A DNA stretch of 64,000 nucleotides. Origin: Nitrososphaeria archaeon (GTDB taxonomy: Archaea > Thermoproteota > Nitrososphaeria > JACIWG01). The position numbers and the translations under genes are program-made. Location of the stretch: the NCBI GenBank assembly GCA_050011875.1, contig JBEKIG010000015.1:56084-120083 (forward strand), read 5' to 3'. This document shows positions 28,344-39,142 of this stretch, piece after piece. The stretch's first letter is position 1. Each line of letters begins with the position of its first letter. The notes below the pieces were generated by a model that saw only the letters and a program-made list of their open reading frames with translations, did no database searches and was not told the DNA's origin.

Positions 28344-28895
28344 ATGGAATCTTCTTCTCAAAGACCGGATAATTCTAATTTTGTTTACCAAGGAAAGAGA
28401 ATCTCATTTAAAGTTACGAATATTAGCCTTCCAAATGGGAAAATTATTAGAAAGGAAATCGTTGAACACCCCGGTGCGGTTGTTATTTTACCGTTTTTAG
28501 ATGACAAAATTGTTTTTTTAAAACAGTTCCGTGCATCTATTAATAATTGGATCTACGAGCTTCCCGCAGGAACCTTAGACAAAAAAGGGGAAAGCTTAGA
28601 AGAGTGTGCTTTAAGGGAACTCAAAGAAGAAACAGGTTATGTCGCTGATAAAGCTACGGAGATGTTTAGAATGTACCCTTCACCGGGATTCAGCACCGAA
28701 ATAATATACTCTTTTTTCACCGACAAGCTGAAGAAGGGTACTGCTTCTCCAGAAGAAACAGAAATTATACAGACAATCGTTCTACCATTCGAAGATGCAT
28801 TAGAATTAATTAGAAAAGAAGCTGTAGTAGACGCTAAGACGATTGCAAGCTTATTTTATTACGATAGGTATCTCAGAACTTTAAAAGAAGTGTAA
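28344..28895 (+). CDS. NUDIX hydrolase (ADP-ribose pyrophosphatase-like)
   Basis: HPGAVVILP, QFR, ELPAG...ALRELKEETGY, DAKT. Confidence 0.92.
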   Translation: MESSSQRPDNSNFVYQGKRISFKVTNISLPNGKIIRKEIVEHPGAVVILPFLDDKIVFLKQFRASINNWIYELPAGTLDKKGESLEECALRELKEETGYVADKATEMFRMYPSPGFSTEIIYSFFTDKLKKGTASPEETEIIQTIVLPFEDALELIRKEAVVDAKTIASLFYYDRYLRTLKEV

Positions 28896-29057
28896 ACAAA
28901 GGAATTGATGAACCTATTCTGTTATAATAAAATTATTTAACCCTCAAAGCTTTAAACAAGAGAACTGCTTACTCGCCTCATCTGCGCGAACTCTAATACA
29001 TTGAAGAAACTTGAAACTTTACGTTACACTAACTGTATTGAAGCCCCTCTTCGTTTT

Positions 29058-29666
29058 TTATCTCCACAATTTTTCCTTTTTTTCCAAGGGTAGAATCTTC
29101 AGTTTTTGAACGTAATATTTCTGCAATTTGTTAATCTTTGGGGTTATGATTATCCTGCAATAGGGTTGCTCAGGATGACGTTTGAAGTAGTCTCTGTGGT
29201 ATTCCTCTGCTGCATAAAATGCCTTAAACGATTCAACCTGCGTTACTATCGGTGCACTGTAAGTTTTTTCTGAATCAAGCTCTTGTATGACCTGCCCTGC
29301 GATCGATTTCTGTTCATCGTTGTGGTAAAGTATGATTGAACGATACTGGGTTCCTACGTCGTTTCCTTGGCGGTTCGGTGTAGTAGGGTCATGTGTGGCA
29401 AAAAAAATATCTAAAATTTCTTTAAAGGATATTACGTCAGGATCAAACCTAACCTGTACAACTTCTGCGTGCCCCGTAGTACCAGACGATACCTGCTCGT
29501 AAGATGGATACTCCAGATTTCCACCAGAGTAACCCGATTCCACCTTTACCACACCCTTTATCTCGTTGAAAACTGCCTCCATGCACCAGAAGCAGCCTCC
29601 GCCGAGTGTAACAACCTCTTCCCTTTGGGGTCCACTAATTTTTAGTTGTTCCGGGTTCATAATCAC
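29058..29666 (-). CDS. msrA: peptide-methionine (S)-S-oxide reductase
   Basis: GGGCFWC, GHAEVV, HDPT...[17 protein letters not shown]. Confidence 0.97.
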   Translation of the reverse strand: MIMNPEQLKISGPQREEVVTLGGGCFWCMEAVFNEIKGVVKVESGYSGGNLEYPSYEQVSSGTTGHAEVVQVRFDPDVISFKEILDIFFATHDPTTPNRQGNDVGTQYRSIILYHNDEQKSIAGQVIQELDSEKTYSAPIVTQVESFKAFYAAEEYHRDYFKRHPEQPYCRIIITPKINKLQKYYVQKLKILPLEKKEKLWR

Positions 29667-29956
29667 ACCTCTTTTTTTTACAAGGGTAAGGTAGTCTAAT
29701 CTTCTTTATCTAGTTTTAGGTTTTTCCAGCTGAATTATGTTCTCCCCTATCCTGCCAACATACTATAGTAAACTGGCAATTTCATGAAAACTTCCGATCA
29801 TTTTGGCCTTGACCGGCATCCCTTTCTGACACTACTTCGTCTTCTGCTTTTGAGGGCGAACTTAATTTTTTGTGTCCCTAACACTTAGAGTATTGAACCC
29901 TACATAATATTTTTCATAGCATTATATGTTCATGGCTGGGAAATATATTGAAAGCA

Positions 29957-31177
29957 TTATTCCACATTCGGCTTAGGACCAGTGTTTTTGACCTGAGCGA
30001 CTAAAACGATTATTCCTGTTGCACCAAGAACTCCCATAAGAATAAAGGCAGGCAGAAAAGAAGAATAGATATCAATCATGTAGCCCATAATGGCTACCCA
30101 TAAGGAATAAGCTGAAAAGAGGCAAGTAAAATAGATTCCTACAGCCAAATCTCTTGAAGATTTTGCTGTTATCTGAATCAGATGAGATTGGGCAAGGGTT
30201 GTGAAAGAGAAACAGAAGAAGCCCAATAAGAAGAGATGGACTGCTAAAACCAAATTAGCTGAGGAATAAAAGGAGAGAAGTACGACACTAGTGACTGCAG
30301 CGGTCGTAGAAAATACAGCGGTCTTAATGTATCCACGTTTAGCTCCAATCCTTCCGAGGATAAGGGGCCCAAATATTCCTCCTGAAAGTTCGATCGTATA
30401 AAAGATGCCGCTTCCAACGGTATTTAATTTTAGGACGCTAGTGAGAAATATGGGGGTGTAAGTTGTTAGGAGGTTTATGTCTATCGCTCCTGCGAAAAGA
30501 ATCTGCGCTAAGAGTAGCGATAAGACTCCCTTCGTTTTCAAAATCCCGACAACGTCGGACTTTAAGGAAGTAGTGTTACTTTCCTTGCCGTAAGTCATCT
30601 TTTTGCCTTCACTCAGGTACCAGATCATCGTTATGCCTACAATCAAGCAGGGAACAGAGAAAACAAATAATGAAACCCTCCAGTTAAATGCAACAGCCAG
30701 AAAGGTCATAAGTAGTGGTCCTATGATGTTACCGATGTAAGCTAGCCCGTAGTGAATGCCTATCGCCCAACCAATTTTTTCGTCTTCAAACTTGCCAGAA
30801 ATAATAGCAGTTCCCATTGGATGTGTTGGCGAGGTTCCAACATTCGATAACGTCCTAGCACCTAGGAAATCCAAAATACCATGTGAAATCCCTGTTAGGA
30901 AAGTTCCAACAGACAAGAGAATGTTTCCAACTCCAAGAATGACATGTCTAGCCACCCTTCTACTGATAATGCTTGGAACCAGCTGGAAAAGGCCACCGAT
31001 AAATGTAGACAGGGCTACAGCAAGCCCGAATTCGGCGTAACTGAGTTTCAGTTCAGAAATTATTAGAGGGAAAAGGACGGATGTGCCCAAGAAAATATGC
31101 TGCATCATATGTGACACCGTTACGATGGCCAGCGTGCTGTTTGCAGATCTAGTCTTCTGCTTATTACCAGCCTTCAA
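29957..31177 (-). CDS. MFS transporter
   Basis: About 12 hydrophobic segments; 406 aa; HP motif of FSR-like MFS proteins. Confidence 0.88.
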   Translation of the reverse strand: MKAGNKQKTRSANSTLAIVTVSHMMQHIFLGTSVLFPLIISELKLSYAEFGLAVALSTFIGGLFQLVPSIISRRVARHVILGVGNILLSVGTFLTGISHGILDFLGARTLSNVGTSPTHPMGTAIISGKFEDEKIGWAIGIHYGLAYIGNIIGPLLMTFLAVAFNWRVSLFVFSVPCLIVGITMIWYLSEGKKMTYGKESNTTSLKSDVVGILKTKGVLSLLLAQILFAGAIDINLLTTYTPIFLTSVLKLNTVGSGIFYTIELSGGIFGPLILGRIGAKRGYIKTAVFSTTAAVTSVVLLSFYSSANLVLAVHLFLLGFFCFSFTTLAQSHLIQITAKSSRDLAVGIYFTCLFSAYSLWVAIMGYMIDIYSSFLPAFILMGVLGATGIIVLVAQVKNTGPKPNVE

Positions 31178-31327
31178 TCTTCGTCATAAACCACCCAGAA
31201 AATACACAGATAAAGATTATTGATTAAAAAGGTCAAGCAGGCCTTTACACCAGAACAAAAAATGCAGAGGTGCCTGTCCAGTTAGCGTGATAACCGTCAC
31301 AGAAATTTAACGATTTTAAAACTCCAA

Positions 31328-32587
31328 CTAGTCTTCCCAGTCCAGAAGCCTTTTTTGCCCCTCTAACTTTTTAATGTCCGTCAAATCCTGCGTCACTTCT
31401 AAGGTCCCCAAGTATTTCCCATTCTTATCCCTTATAGCGAAGTACCTGATATGAACTAGTCGATCGTTCATTTGGATCCAAAATTCAGCAACATCCTTCT
31501 TGCCAGTCTTAAAAGATTCTAGGATCCGATTCACTATGTGAACACTTTTCTGAGGATGACATAACTGTACTTTTCTTCCGATAACGGCCTTAGTTCGCAG
31601 GAAGATCCTCTTCTCTGCCTTGTTGAAGTATCTTACCGTGTCGTTTTTGTCAATGAATGTGAGGTCTATTGGAAGAGAGTCCAAGACGGCCCCTATCTCC
31701 TTCTCTGATAGGCTACCGTTTTCAAACCGCAGAATGCCCTCGATTGCGGGTGTAATTTTAGTTTCTTCAATATGAGGCTTTCCTATTAACTGCTGCGGAG
31801 TAAAACAGCAGTAACCGATGTCATCAAACTCCCTTCTAGCTTCTTCCCATTCTGCCTCTGTAACCATTTTTACCGTCGTTGGAAAAAGCACACTATTCTC
31901 CTTGAAAAAGTGGCTTGAGACGATTTCGCAGAGGGGTTTAACTATTTGGATTATTTGTTTCTTGAAGTACTGAAAGTCCATGGTCTCCACCGTATATTTG
32001 TAGTAGAGTGTACTCCATTTTTCGAGAAAATTAAAGAACTGCTTCTCCTTCTCCCTTATTTTCACGTGTTCCATCCACATTATCGCAGGCGGCTCCGTAA
32101 TCCCATGCTTTTCCAGAAGAGGGAAAAGCACGTTTTCCTCTCTCAAAAAGTGTTTGTCTGAGTCCCGAAAATCCTTTGCTATGTCCTGCATCTCCTTTAA
32201 CGCTTCACCAACATGGATCATGTCGCATCTTTCACATGCCTGCTCGGTTTCACTCACTAAACCTTGCAGCCTTTTTAGCCGTTCCAATAAAATTTTATGT
32301 TCTTCCATCAAGATGTTAATCGGATGGCCGGAAGGAACCTGAAGCTGATTTTTTTCCAGGCGTTCGGCAAAAACGGTCATATGAACATCGCAAAGGCTTT
32401 GGAGCTGTTCCCTCGGAATTCCCTCTTGGACAAGCTCCTGTTCGATCTTCGCGATATCTTCAGGGTTCACGTCCTCCAAAGCCTGTTTGAACTTTTCTTT
32501 GACTTCCTGCGGCGATGCCCCGCTGTGTAGCTGCCTGATCACTTCTTTCAATATTTTCTTCTTGGTTTCAAGAGAGTCTTTTGGCAT
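31328..32587 (-). CDS. DUF438 / hemerythrin / PAS domain protein
   Basis: LCDVH, GHPINILMEEH, HFLREENVLFP, CHPQKS in the PAS domain. Confidence 0.9.
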   Translation of the reverse strand: MPKDSLETKKKILKEVIRQLHSGASPQEVKEKFKQALEDVNPEDIAKIEQELVQEGIPREQLQSLCDVHMTVFAERLEKNQLQVPSGHPINILMEEHKILLERLKRLQGLVSETEQACERCDMIHVGEALKEMQDIAKDFRDSDKHFLREENVLFPLLEKHGITEPPAIMWMEHVKIREKEKQFFNFLEKWSTLYYKYTVETMDFQYFKKQIIQIVKPLCEIVSSHFFKENSVLFPTTVKMVTEAEWEEARREFDDIGYCCFTPQQLIGKPHIEETKITPAIEGILRFENGSLSEKEIGAVLDSLPIDLTFIDKNDTVRYFNKAEKRIFLRTKAVIGRKVQLCHPQKSVHIVNRILESFKTGKKDVAEFWIQMNDRLVHIRYFAIRDKNGKYLGTLEVTQDLTDIKKLEGQKRLLDWED

Positions 32588-32678
32588 CTTTCCTCTTCCA
32601 TCACTAAAATAAGAATTACACTTAGATAAATGATTTTATTGTCTTCCTTACAATTCTGAACTTTAATCTAAAACGAAG

Positions 32679-32753
32679 TGGACCGAGCGGGATTTGAACC
32701 CGCGATCTCTCGCGTGCGAGGCGAGCGTAGCTACCGAACTGTACTATCGGCCC
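32679..32753 (-). tRNA. tRNA-Ala(CGC)
   Basis: G3:U70; anticodon loop CT-CGC-AC. Confidence 0.92.
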
Positions 32754-33123
32754 ACGTTTTCTCGGCATACGGTAATGTTATCTTCATCCCTTGTAGGTCG
32801 GTTTGCCCGTCAAACTACCGTATCCCTTTAAGCCACTCTAGCAATGAATAGGTACTTTAAATTAACTTTTCTAAAATCTACGATAAAATAAGAGGGCCAT
32901 GAATATGATTACTTCCGATTTTTTCTTGAACGGCATAAACTAAGGAATCTACAAGAGAATAGGTATTCTATTTGACTACGAACTCAGGAGAATCGTTCAT
33001 AGCGCGCTCAAAGTTCAATGCACAACCACCGGAAGGCTGTTAACCTAAGAACATAAACTTATGTTTACAATATTACTATGTACTTAATGGCTTTTAGGAA
33101 AGTTAATTGAGCCCAAAAATAAG

Positions 33124-33197
33124 TGCCGAGGGCCGGGTTTGAACCGGCGACGGCTCGGTCTTCAGCCGAGTGCTCTCCCAGGCTGAGCTACCTCGGC
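33124..33197 (-). tRNA. tRNA-Phe(GAA)
   Basis: Cloverleaf; anticodon loop CT-GAA-GA. Confidence 0.94.
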
Positions 33198-33300
33198 AGC
33201 TCTAGCCAAGTCATGTTCCTTAACAAGATGTTATAACTTTTATGGCCTTGAATGGCTCTTAGAAGTAGAACTAAAACATGACCGCTGATTTTAAATTTCT

Positions 33301-33915
33301 TTACAGTACTGCCCTTAATGTGTCAAGCTCAAATTTGGTGTTTGCACAACCGTTCTTCGTTAAAGGTATCCCTTGCCCAGAAATTTTTAACGCATCTAAG
33401 GGGGACGTGGACATCTTCAGTTCTTGGCTGCAGGCCACTCCTATCATACCATCATATCCTCTTTCCTTCAGTATTTTTGGTATGCATGATCCACCCGGAA
33501 CAACAAATACATCATACATTTTACTTCTCGCAATCTTTGTAGCCTGATTTACAAGACAGTCCTCCGAACAGGAGTTACACATGTAGGCTGGTATTGCTGG
33601 ATCAAAGGTAGCCTTACATCTTCCATCCATATACTTCCTTGAACAATGGGGCAAAAAGACGGCCCTCCTGTTGGTAGACTGGAATGAAGGCTGGTATTCA
33701 ACGTTCTTAGCGTACACCGTTATAAGGTCTTCAACAAGTGTTATCGCATCCCCGAAATCTACGCCGGTAAGTTCATTTATCTTGAATTTTTTAACCAGCG
33801 TTTTAGCCCGTGTGCCAAGCTTTGCATGAACATTACCCTTGTAAGCGACGAGCACCAATTCCTTGAAGAAAGTTTTTGGAATTCTGTTTAGATCAAAGTT
33901 GAATTCGTATGGCAT
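33301..33915 (-). CDS. DUF116 family protein
   Basis: FLPHC, CNSCSEDC, VVPGGS, IGVAC, GCANT; probable start MPYEF. Confidence 0.85.
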   Translation of the reverse strand: MPYEFNFDLNRIPKTFFKELVLVAYKGNVHAKLGTRAKTLVKKFKINELTGVDFGDAITLVEDLITVYAKNVEYQPSFQSTNRRAVFLPHCSRKYMDGRCKATFDPAIPAYMCNSCSEDCLVNQATKIARSKMYDVFVVPGGSCIPKILKERGYDGMIGVACSQELKMSTSPLDALKISGQGIPLTKNGCANTKFELDTLRAVL

Positions 33916-34037
33916 TACGTTATTGCCACTTAAGGATGGTATATATAATTTTAAACACTCGATTAAGCCCAAAACGTGAAGTTCTTATGAATTTTTACTA
34001 TGAGTTAAGGATACTAATTTTTGCAGATGATTTAGGA

Positions 34038-34112
34038 TGCGACCGCCGGGATTTGAACCCGGGTCAGAAGCGTGGCAGGCTCCCGTCCTAGACCAGACTA
34101 GACTACAGTCGC
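34038..34112 (-). tRNA. tRNA-Gly(GCC)
   Basis: Cloverleaf; anticodon loop CT-GCC-AC. Confidence 0.93.
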
Positions 34113-34650
34113 ATTTGTCCCTAGTTTCTTATTTTTCCTCGCTTTAGACAACATTGTTGGCCTATGACTCACTTTAAATATTTTTCTGCAAAATTTTTTA
34201 CATTAGTTATTCTGTTACGTGGTATTGAAATAGTTAAGCTCTATTAATTAAAGTTGTGAAGGCAATAGATTTATTAACAATAATATAGCTGCTGTTATGC
34301 TTTTATCGAATGAGTCGCTGAATATTTATTCGATTCCTATCCGAGACTTAAGTGCGAGCAATTTATCTGCACCGAGGACTTCCTTTGCTAGTTTACTTAT
34401 AGCTCGGAAAGCTTCTGGAGGTTTAGCGTTTTTTATATCGTTAGTAACTTGATCTGATCATTCAAATTCATGGCGGGAAACTTGTTGAGGTACAACTATA
34501 TTGTTGAAATAGTTATTTATATAAATACTCGTACGGGGAATAAAGGAATAGTATTTTAGACTCAATCGTGTTTAATTTGGTAAAGTAAATGATTAAAAAT
34601 AGTAAAATCTATTAAGTATTTTAGACCGCCTATAAGTTATAAAGCGCTAT

Positions 34651-34725
34651 GGGCCGGTAGTACAGGTTGGTAGTTATGCTCCCTTGGCATGGGAGAGGTC
34701 GTGGGTTCGAGTCCCACCCGGTCCA
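34651..34725 (+). tRNA. tRNA-Ala(GGC)
   Basis: G3:U70; anticodon loop TT-GGC-AT. Confidence 0.92.
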
Positions 34726-35490
34726 CTTCCGTTTAGTTTTATATTAGATTGACAAGTGAGAAACTAATATTATTCAGGTATACTCTTATCAAATATTCGA
34801 TAACAACAGCGCGGAATACCTTACATTGGGATAAAGTAATTGCTTTAGGGTTCATAGTTAAAACGGCTTGGTAACTAATTGAACTATATCTATCCCGATT
34901 CTACGACATCTATAAATGTTCAAAAAGTACATTTAACGACTTTTATGATTAAAGAAACTTTATTGAATCATTATTATTGCTATGCCTAATGTCTGTATTA
35001 ACCCTTGGAGGAATACTTAATGTCATTAATAATCTATTATTATTTTGCTTATTTACCAAATTATTTGAAATAAAATCATAATACTCAGAAAATTAATTTG
35101 GCTCGAATTTATAAGTTGAGAAATGAAAAAATTTGCCGAGTAACGGATAATTACAGCGATATTAGGGTAAGTTGATTATCTTAACAATGGGAATGAGATA
35201 AATTTCGCTAGACGGCTTCAATTTACATAGTAAAAAAATGTTTCTCAGAAAAAGATTTGAACACATTCAGTAAAATCGTACGTTCATGTATTTAGATTCG
35301 AACAGAACCAAATAGATTGGACAATGCTATCATCCGATAAACGATGGAGATTTCTATTAAATGGCCTTTTATCAATTTTTTAAATTAGCATTAATCGAGG
35401 AACACTTATCTAAACTGATTCACATCTTGCTTCATAAAAAGATAAATTTTACCGTTAGTTTAAGTCCAAGCGGAGTAAAATGACCTGAAT

Positions 35491-36675
35491 ATGTCAGCAA
35501 TAGAAATTTTAGAGAACATCTTCTGGGTTGGTGTTGTAGACTGGAACGCCAGAAACTTCCATGGTTTTACTTATTCAACCCATAGGGGAACTACCTACAA
35601 CGCCTACTTAATAGTCGATGAAAAGGTTACATTGGTCGATAGCGTCTATGGACCATTCTCAGAGGAAATGATAGAAAGGATAAAGGATGTTATTGAACCT
35701 TCCAAGATAGATTACATCATAGCAAACCATGTTGAGACAGACCACTCCGGAGCCATAGGCGAGGTGCTAAAATTAGCTCCAAATGCCAAGGTTATAGGAA
35801 CAGCGAAATGTAAGACTGGTCTGGAAAAACATTATTTTGGTAACTGGAACTTTCAAGTTGTAAAGACGGGCGATCAGTTAAACCTTGGAAAACGGACACT
35901 AACGTTTCTTGAAGCCCCGATGCTTCACTGGCCTGATAGTATGTTCACCTACGTGGAGAAGGACGAGTTATTGCTTCCGAATGATGCCTTTGGCCAACAT
36001 CTTGCGACTTCAAAACGTTTTGATGATGAAGTTGACGAAAGAATACTGATGGAAGAAGCTGCCAAATATTATGCTAACATACTATGGCCCCTTAGCCAAC
36101 TGGTAAAGAGGAAGATCGAAGAAGTACAAAGGATAGGGTTGAAGATTAAGATGATAGCCCCGAGTCATGGCATTATCTGGCGTAGCAACCCAATGAAGAT
36201 AATTGAAGCATATCTTAGATGGGCGAACGGAGAATCGAACAAGAAGGTAATTGTTGTATATGATACGATGTGGGGTAGCACGGAGAAGATGGCTAAAGCC
36301 ATAGTAGAAGGTTTAGAGCATGAAGGCGTGGTAACCTCTCTATTCAGGCTTCCGTATTCTGACAGAAGCGACATCTTCATGGAGCTTCTTGAATCAAAGG
36401 GAATAATTATCGGTTCATCGACGATCAATAACGGTATATTACCAACGTTGGCCCCATTCCTTGAAGAATTGGAAGGGTTTAAGCCCCTCAAGAAGGTCGC
36501 AGCAACCTTTGGCTCCTATGGATGGGGAGGACAGGCGACTAAGATAATAGAAGAAAGACTCGGAAAGGCAGGAATAGAAGTTGTTGCTCCACCACTAAAA
36601 GTTAATTGGGCGCCTAACAAAGAAGAGATTAAAAGGTGCTTTGAATTAGGTCAAGAGTTCTCTAAAAAACTCTAA
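35491..36675 (+). CDS. fprA: flavodiiron protein (FprA, O2/NO reductase)
   Basis: GTTYNAY, NHVETDH, LHWPD, DAFGQH, PSHG plus a flavodoxin domain. Confidence 0.95.
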   Translation: MSAIEILENIFWVGVVDWNARNFHGFTYSTHRGTTYNAYLIVDEKVTLVDSVYGPFSEEMIERIKDVIEPSKIDYIIANHVETDHSGAIGEVLKLAPNAKVIGTAKCKTGLEKHYFGNWNFQVVKTGDQLNLGKRTLTFLEAPMLHWPDSMFTYVEKDELLLPNDAFGQHLATSKRFDDEVDERILMEEAAKYYANILWPLSQLVKRKIEEVQRIGLKIKMIAPSHGIIWRSNPMKIIEAYLRWANGESNKKVIVVYDTMWGSTEKMAKAIVEGLEHEGVVTSLFRLPYSDRSDIFMELLESKGIIIGSSTINNGILPTLAPFLEELEGFKPLKKVAATFGSYGWGGQATKIIEERLGKAGIEVVAPPLKVNWAPNKEEIKRCFELGQEFSKKL

Positions 36676-36796
36676 TCGTTGAAATCCTTCCCATATTCTC
36701 TTCTAAACGTTCAATGCGAAGTTGACTCAGCTGATGTAGACTCGTCTTAGGATAAAATCTAATTCGATACGTTACAACAGAAAGAAAGTCGTATTG

Positions 36797-37468
36797 TCAG
36801 CTTCTTTTTTCAAAGGATGATTCCTTTAGTATGTAGATACAGGATGGCTTTTTAGTGAAGAGACCAACTTCAATTACTCCTGGTTGGGCTTTTATCCTAT
36901 GTTCCAAATCGATGGCATCAGATATTCCATTAAAGGAGACATCTATAATCATGTTACCACCTTCAGTGAACATGGGAAAGCCCCTCTGATCTTTCCTCAG
37001 TTCTGAACTTGCACCTAATTCCTTCATATAATTTGTTACGAAAGATGAAGCGAAAGGCGACACTTCAACTGGAACTGGACATCCTGTTCCCAATCTCTCT
37101 GCTACCTTTTTTTCCTGAAGGATAAAAACTGTCTTCTCAGAGTTATTCATCAATATCTTCTCCTTTTGAAGTGCTCCACCGCCACCTTTTATTGCAAAAT
37201 GACTCTTCTCTTCGATCTGATCCACACCATCGATGTATAATTCAATTTTTTTAATGTGAGGGAACATTTCGACTTCGAAATTCTTTTCCTTTAGTTTAAG
37301 AGCGATCTGGTAAGAAGTAGGGACAAATTTTTGTTCATTCTTTATCTTAAAGCTGGCTAGGGCGTCGACAAAATCGGACATAGTACGGCCACTTCCCATA
37401 CCTATGTATCTAATCTTGTTTATCTGTTCAACCAGATCCCCGGCAATCTTTTTAATTGGGGAATCCAA
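36797..37468 (-). CDS. rpiA: ribose-5-phosphate isomerase A
   Basis: GMGSGRT, DGVDQ, KGGGGALQKEK, PVEV, GVIEVGLF. Confidence 0.94.
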   Translation of the reverse strand: MDSPIKKIAGDLVEQINKIRYIGMGSGRTMSDFVDALASFKIKNEQKFVPTSYQIALKLKEKNFEVEMFPHIKKIELYIDGVDQIEEKSHFAIKGGGGALQKEKILMNNSEKTVFILQEKKVAERLGTGCPVPVEVSPFASSFVTNYMKELGASSELRKDQRGFPMFTEGGNMIIDVSFNGISDAIDLEHRIKAQPGVIEVGLFTKKPSCIYILKESSFEKRS

Positions 37469-37469
37469 G

Positions 37470-38120
37470 CTACTGTCCCTCTTCTAAATCTATTTGCTCT
37501 AGCTTATCAAGTGCCTCCATTATTTCTTCCCTGTACTGCTTGAGTTCTTTGTCAACTGATGATTCGAGTATTCGTTGTTGTCTCTTCTCAACCTTTGGGA
37601 CCGTAGCTTCCTTCGCTTGCTGACCCTTACTTTGTGCAGTTAAAGGAGGGCTTCTGATTTTCTGAGCGTCCAAGCGAATCAATGCTTTTTCAAGTTTCTT
37701 ATCAACATCGTCTAGCTTTCTTGTGATCAAAGTGACTAATTCATTTCTAAGATGCTCCAGCTCACCTACTTCGATTATAAGCTCAATATCGTCTAGTTTG
37801 CTGTCAACTTCTTGGAGTCGATCCTTGTATCTTTTAACAAGAATATCGCGTTCTTCCTTAGAAACCTGTCCTTGGGCTTCTAACTCAAAAACCCGGGTTA
37901 TGGCATTGCCTAACAAGTCCTTCTCTAAAAGTAAAGTCTTCAATTCCTGTCTTGCATTCTTCGCTTCTTCGGGAGGAATGGTTGATGGCTTAACTTCAAG
38001 CTGCTTTGGAGGAGTAGCCTTAGTCAGAGGCTTAATCATATACTTTGAGACAAGAAAACCGAAGATGGCGCCTAATGAAAGGCCGAAGGCAACGCCAATC
38101 AGGATATCAATGAGGGACAT
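37470..38120 (-). CDS. hypothetical membrane-anchored coiled-coil protein
   Basis: N-terminal transmembrane helix followed by long heptad-rich helices. Confidence 0.75.
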   Translation of the reverse strand: MSLIDILIGVAFGLSLGAIFGFLVSKYMIKPLTKATPPKQLEVKPSTIPPEEAKNARQELKTLLLEKDLLGNAITRVFELEAQGQVSKEERDILVKRYKDRLQEVDSKLDDIELIIEVGELEHLRNELVTLITRKLDDVDKKLEKALIRLDAQKIRSPPLTAQSKGQQAKEATVPKVEKRQQRILESSVDKELKQYREEIMEALDKLEQIDLEEGQ

Positions 38121-38171
38121 CTTTTAATAATCCTTTCTCAGCCTATAATTAAACGTATTGGTACAGGAAAA

Positions 38172-38318
38172 CTACTTCCTAAGCTTCTTTGACGCACCAA
38201 AACCACAGAATGAACATCTTTTCTTACTCACATGAAAAGAAGGTTTACCGCATCTTCGACATATCATATGAGTTCTTGGCCTCTTTCCCTTTGGCCCACT
38301 AGAAGTAGTACCTTTCAT
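38172..38318 (-). CDS. rpl37e: 50S ribosomal protein L37e (not in the ORF track)
   Basis: MKGTTSSG...[26 protein letters not shown]; directly downstream of the Sm gene. Confidence 0.93.
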   Translation of the reverse strand: MKGTTSSGPKGKRPRTHMICRRCGKPSFHVSKKRCSFCGFGASKKLRK

Positions 38319-38327
38319 TTATGTCAC

Positions 38328-38555
38328 CTATGGAGAAGGTGATATGAGTATAACGTTGTCACCGCGTACAACAATAGTACCAAGCGGGGAGGCTTTACCA
38401 TCGTCTATGATTTCTTCTGACTGTTCAAGCAAAAAGTTCATATGCTGATCATAACCTTTCAAAACGCCTCGGATCGCACGTCCACCCTTTAGCTTAACGA
38501 GCACAATCTTACCTAAGCTTGTTTCCAACATCTTTACAGCTAAATCGAGTGACAA
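38328..38555 (-). CDS. Sm-like (LSm/SmAP) protein
   Basis: [11 protein letters not shown] and VRGDNV Sm1/Sm2 motifs. Confidence 0.95.
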   Translation of the reverse strand: MSLDLAVKMLETSLGKIVLVKLKGGRAIRGVLKGYDQHMNFLLEQSEEIIDDGKASPLGTIVVRGDNVILISPSP

Positions 38556-38649
38556 ACGAGTCGCCTACTGATACCAACTCTAAAACACCTCTTTATTTAC
38601 CTTACCTTTTTGACAAAGTTTAAGAAATAAGATGTAGGAGAAAAATGGT

Positions 38650-39141
38650 GTGCGCGAATTTTACCTTTCCAAGACGGATACAAAAAACGTGCTAGAAGAA
38701 ATCAAAAAACAGCTGAAGGTAGATCTCCCAGATGTAAAGGAAAAAGGTAATAGGGTAATAGAAATAGAAAAAGACGTGCAGGTTTTATTACTTGACAAAA
38801 TTGTACTAATAAAAGAAAAGGAAGAGATCTTCCCCTCGCTTGTTTGCGAAGAAGGTTTTCTTGGAAAACTTCCTTACATAAAAGTGGATAAAGGCGCAAT
38901 ACCTTATATATGTAAAGGTGCGAAAATCATGAGACCTGGAATAGTCGCCTTTGAAGGAGAATTTTCTAAGGGCGATGTCGTATGCGTAAAGGATGCGATT
39001 CATGGTAAGTTTATCTCTATAGCACGAGCACTTGTGGAAAAAAGTGAGGCTGAGAAGACAGTAAAGGGAGTAGTACTGGACAACCTGCACTATGTTGGAG
39101 ACAAGTATTGGGACACCATGAAGGATATAAAACTGTCCTGA
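38650..39141 (+). CDS. PUA-domain RNA-binding protein (Tma20/MCT-1-like)
   Basis: VDKGAIPYICKGAKIMRPGI, LHYVGD. Confidence 0.9.
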   Translation: MREFYLSKTDTKNVLEEIKKQLKVDLPDVKEKGNRVIEIEKDVQVLLLDKIVLIKEKEEIFPSLVCEEGFLGKLPYIKVDKGAIPYICKGAKIMRPGIVAFEGEFSKGDVVCVKDAIHGKFISIARALVEKSEAEKTVKGVVLDNLHYVGDKYWDTMKDIKLS

Positions 39142-39142
39142 G

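Noticed and set aside
29680-29900. Possible riboswitch-like leader upstream of msrA
   Set aside because: I could not identify a convincing stem set or a known aptamer consensus.
34113-35490. AT-rich ORF-free tracts flanking tRNA-Ala(GGC) as a possible replication origin
   Set aside because: No ORB-like repeats or adjacent cdc6/orc1 gene; it looks like decayed accessory DNA.
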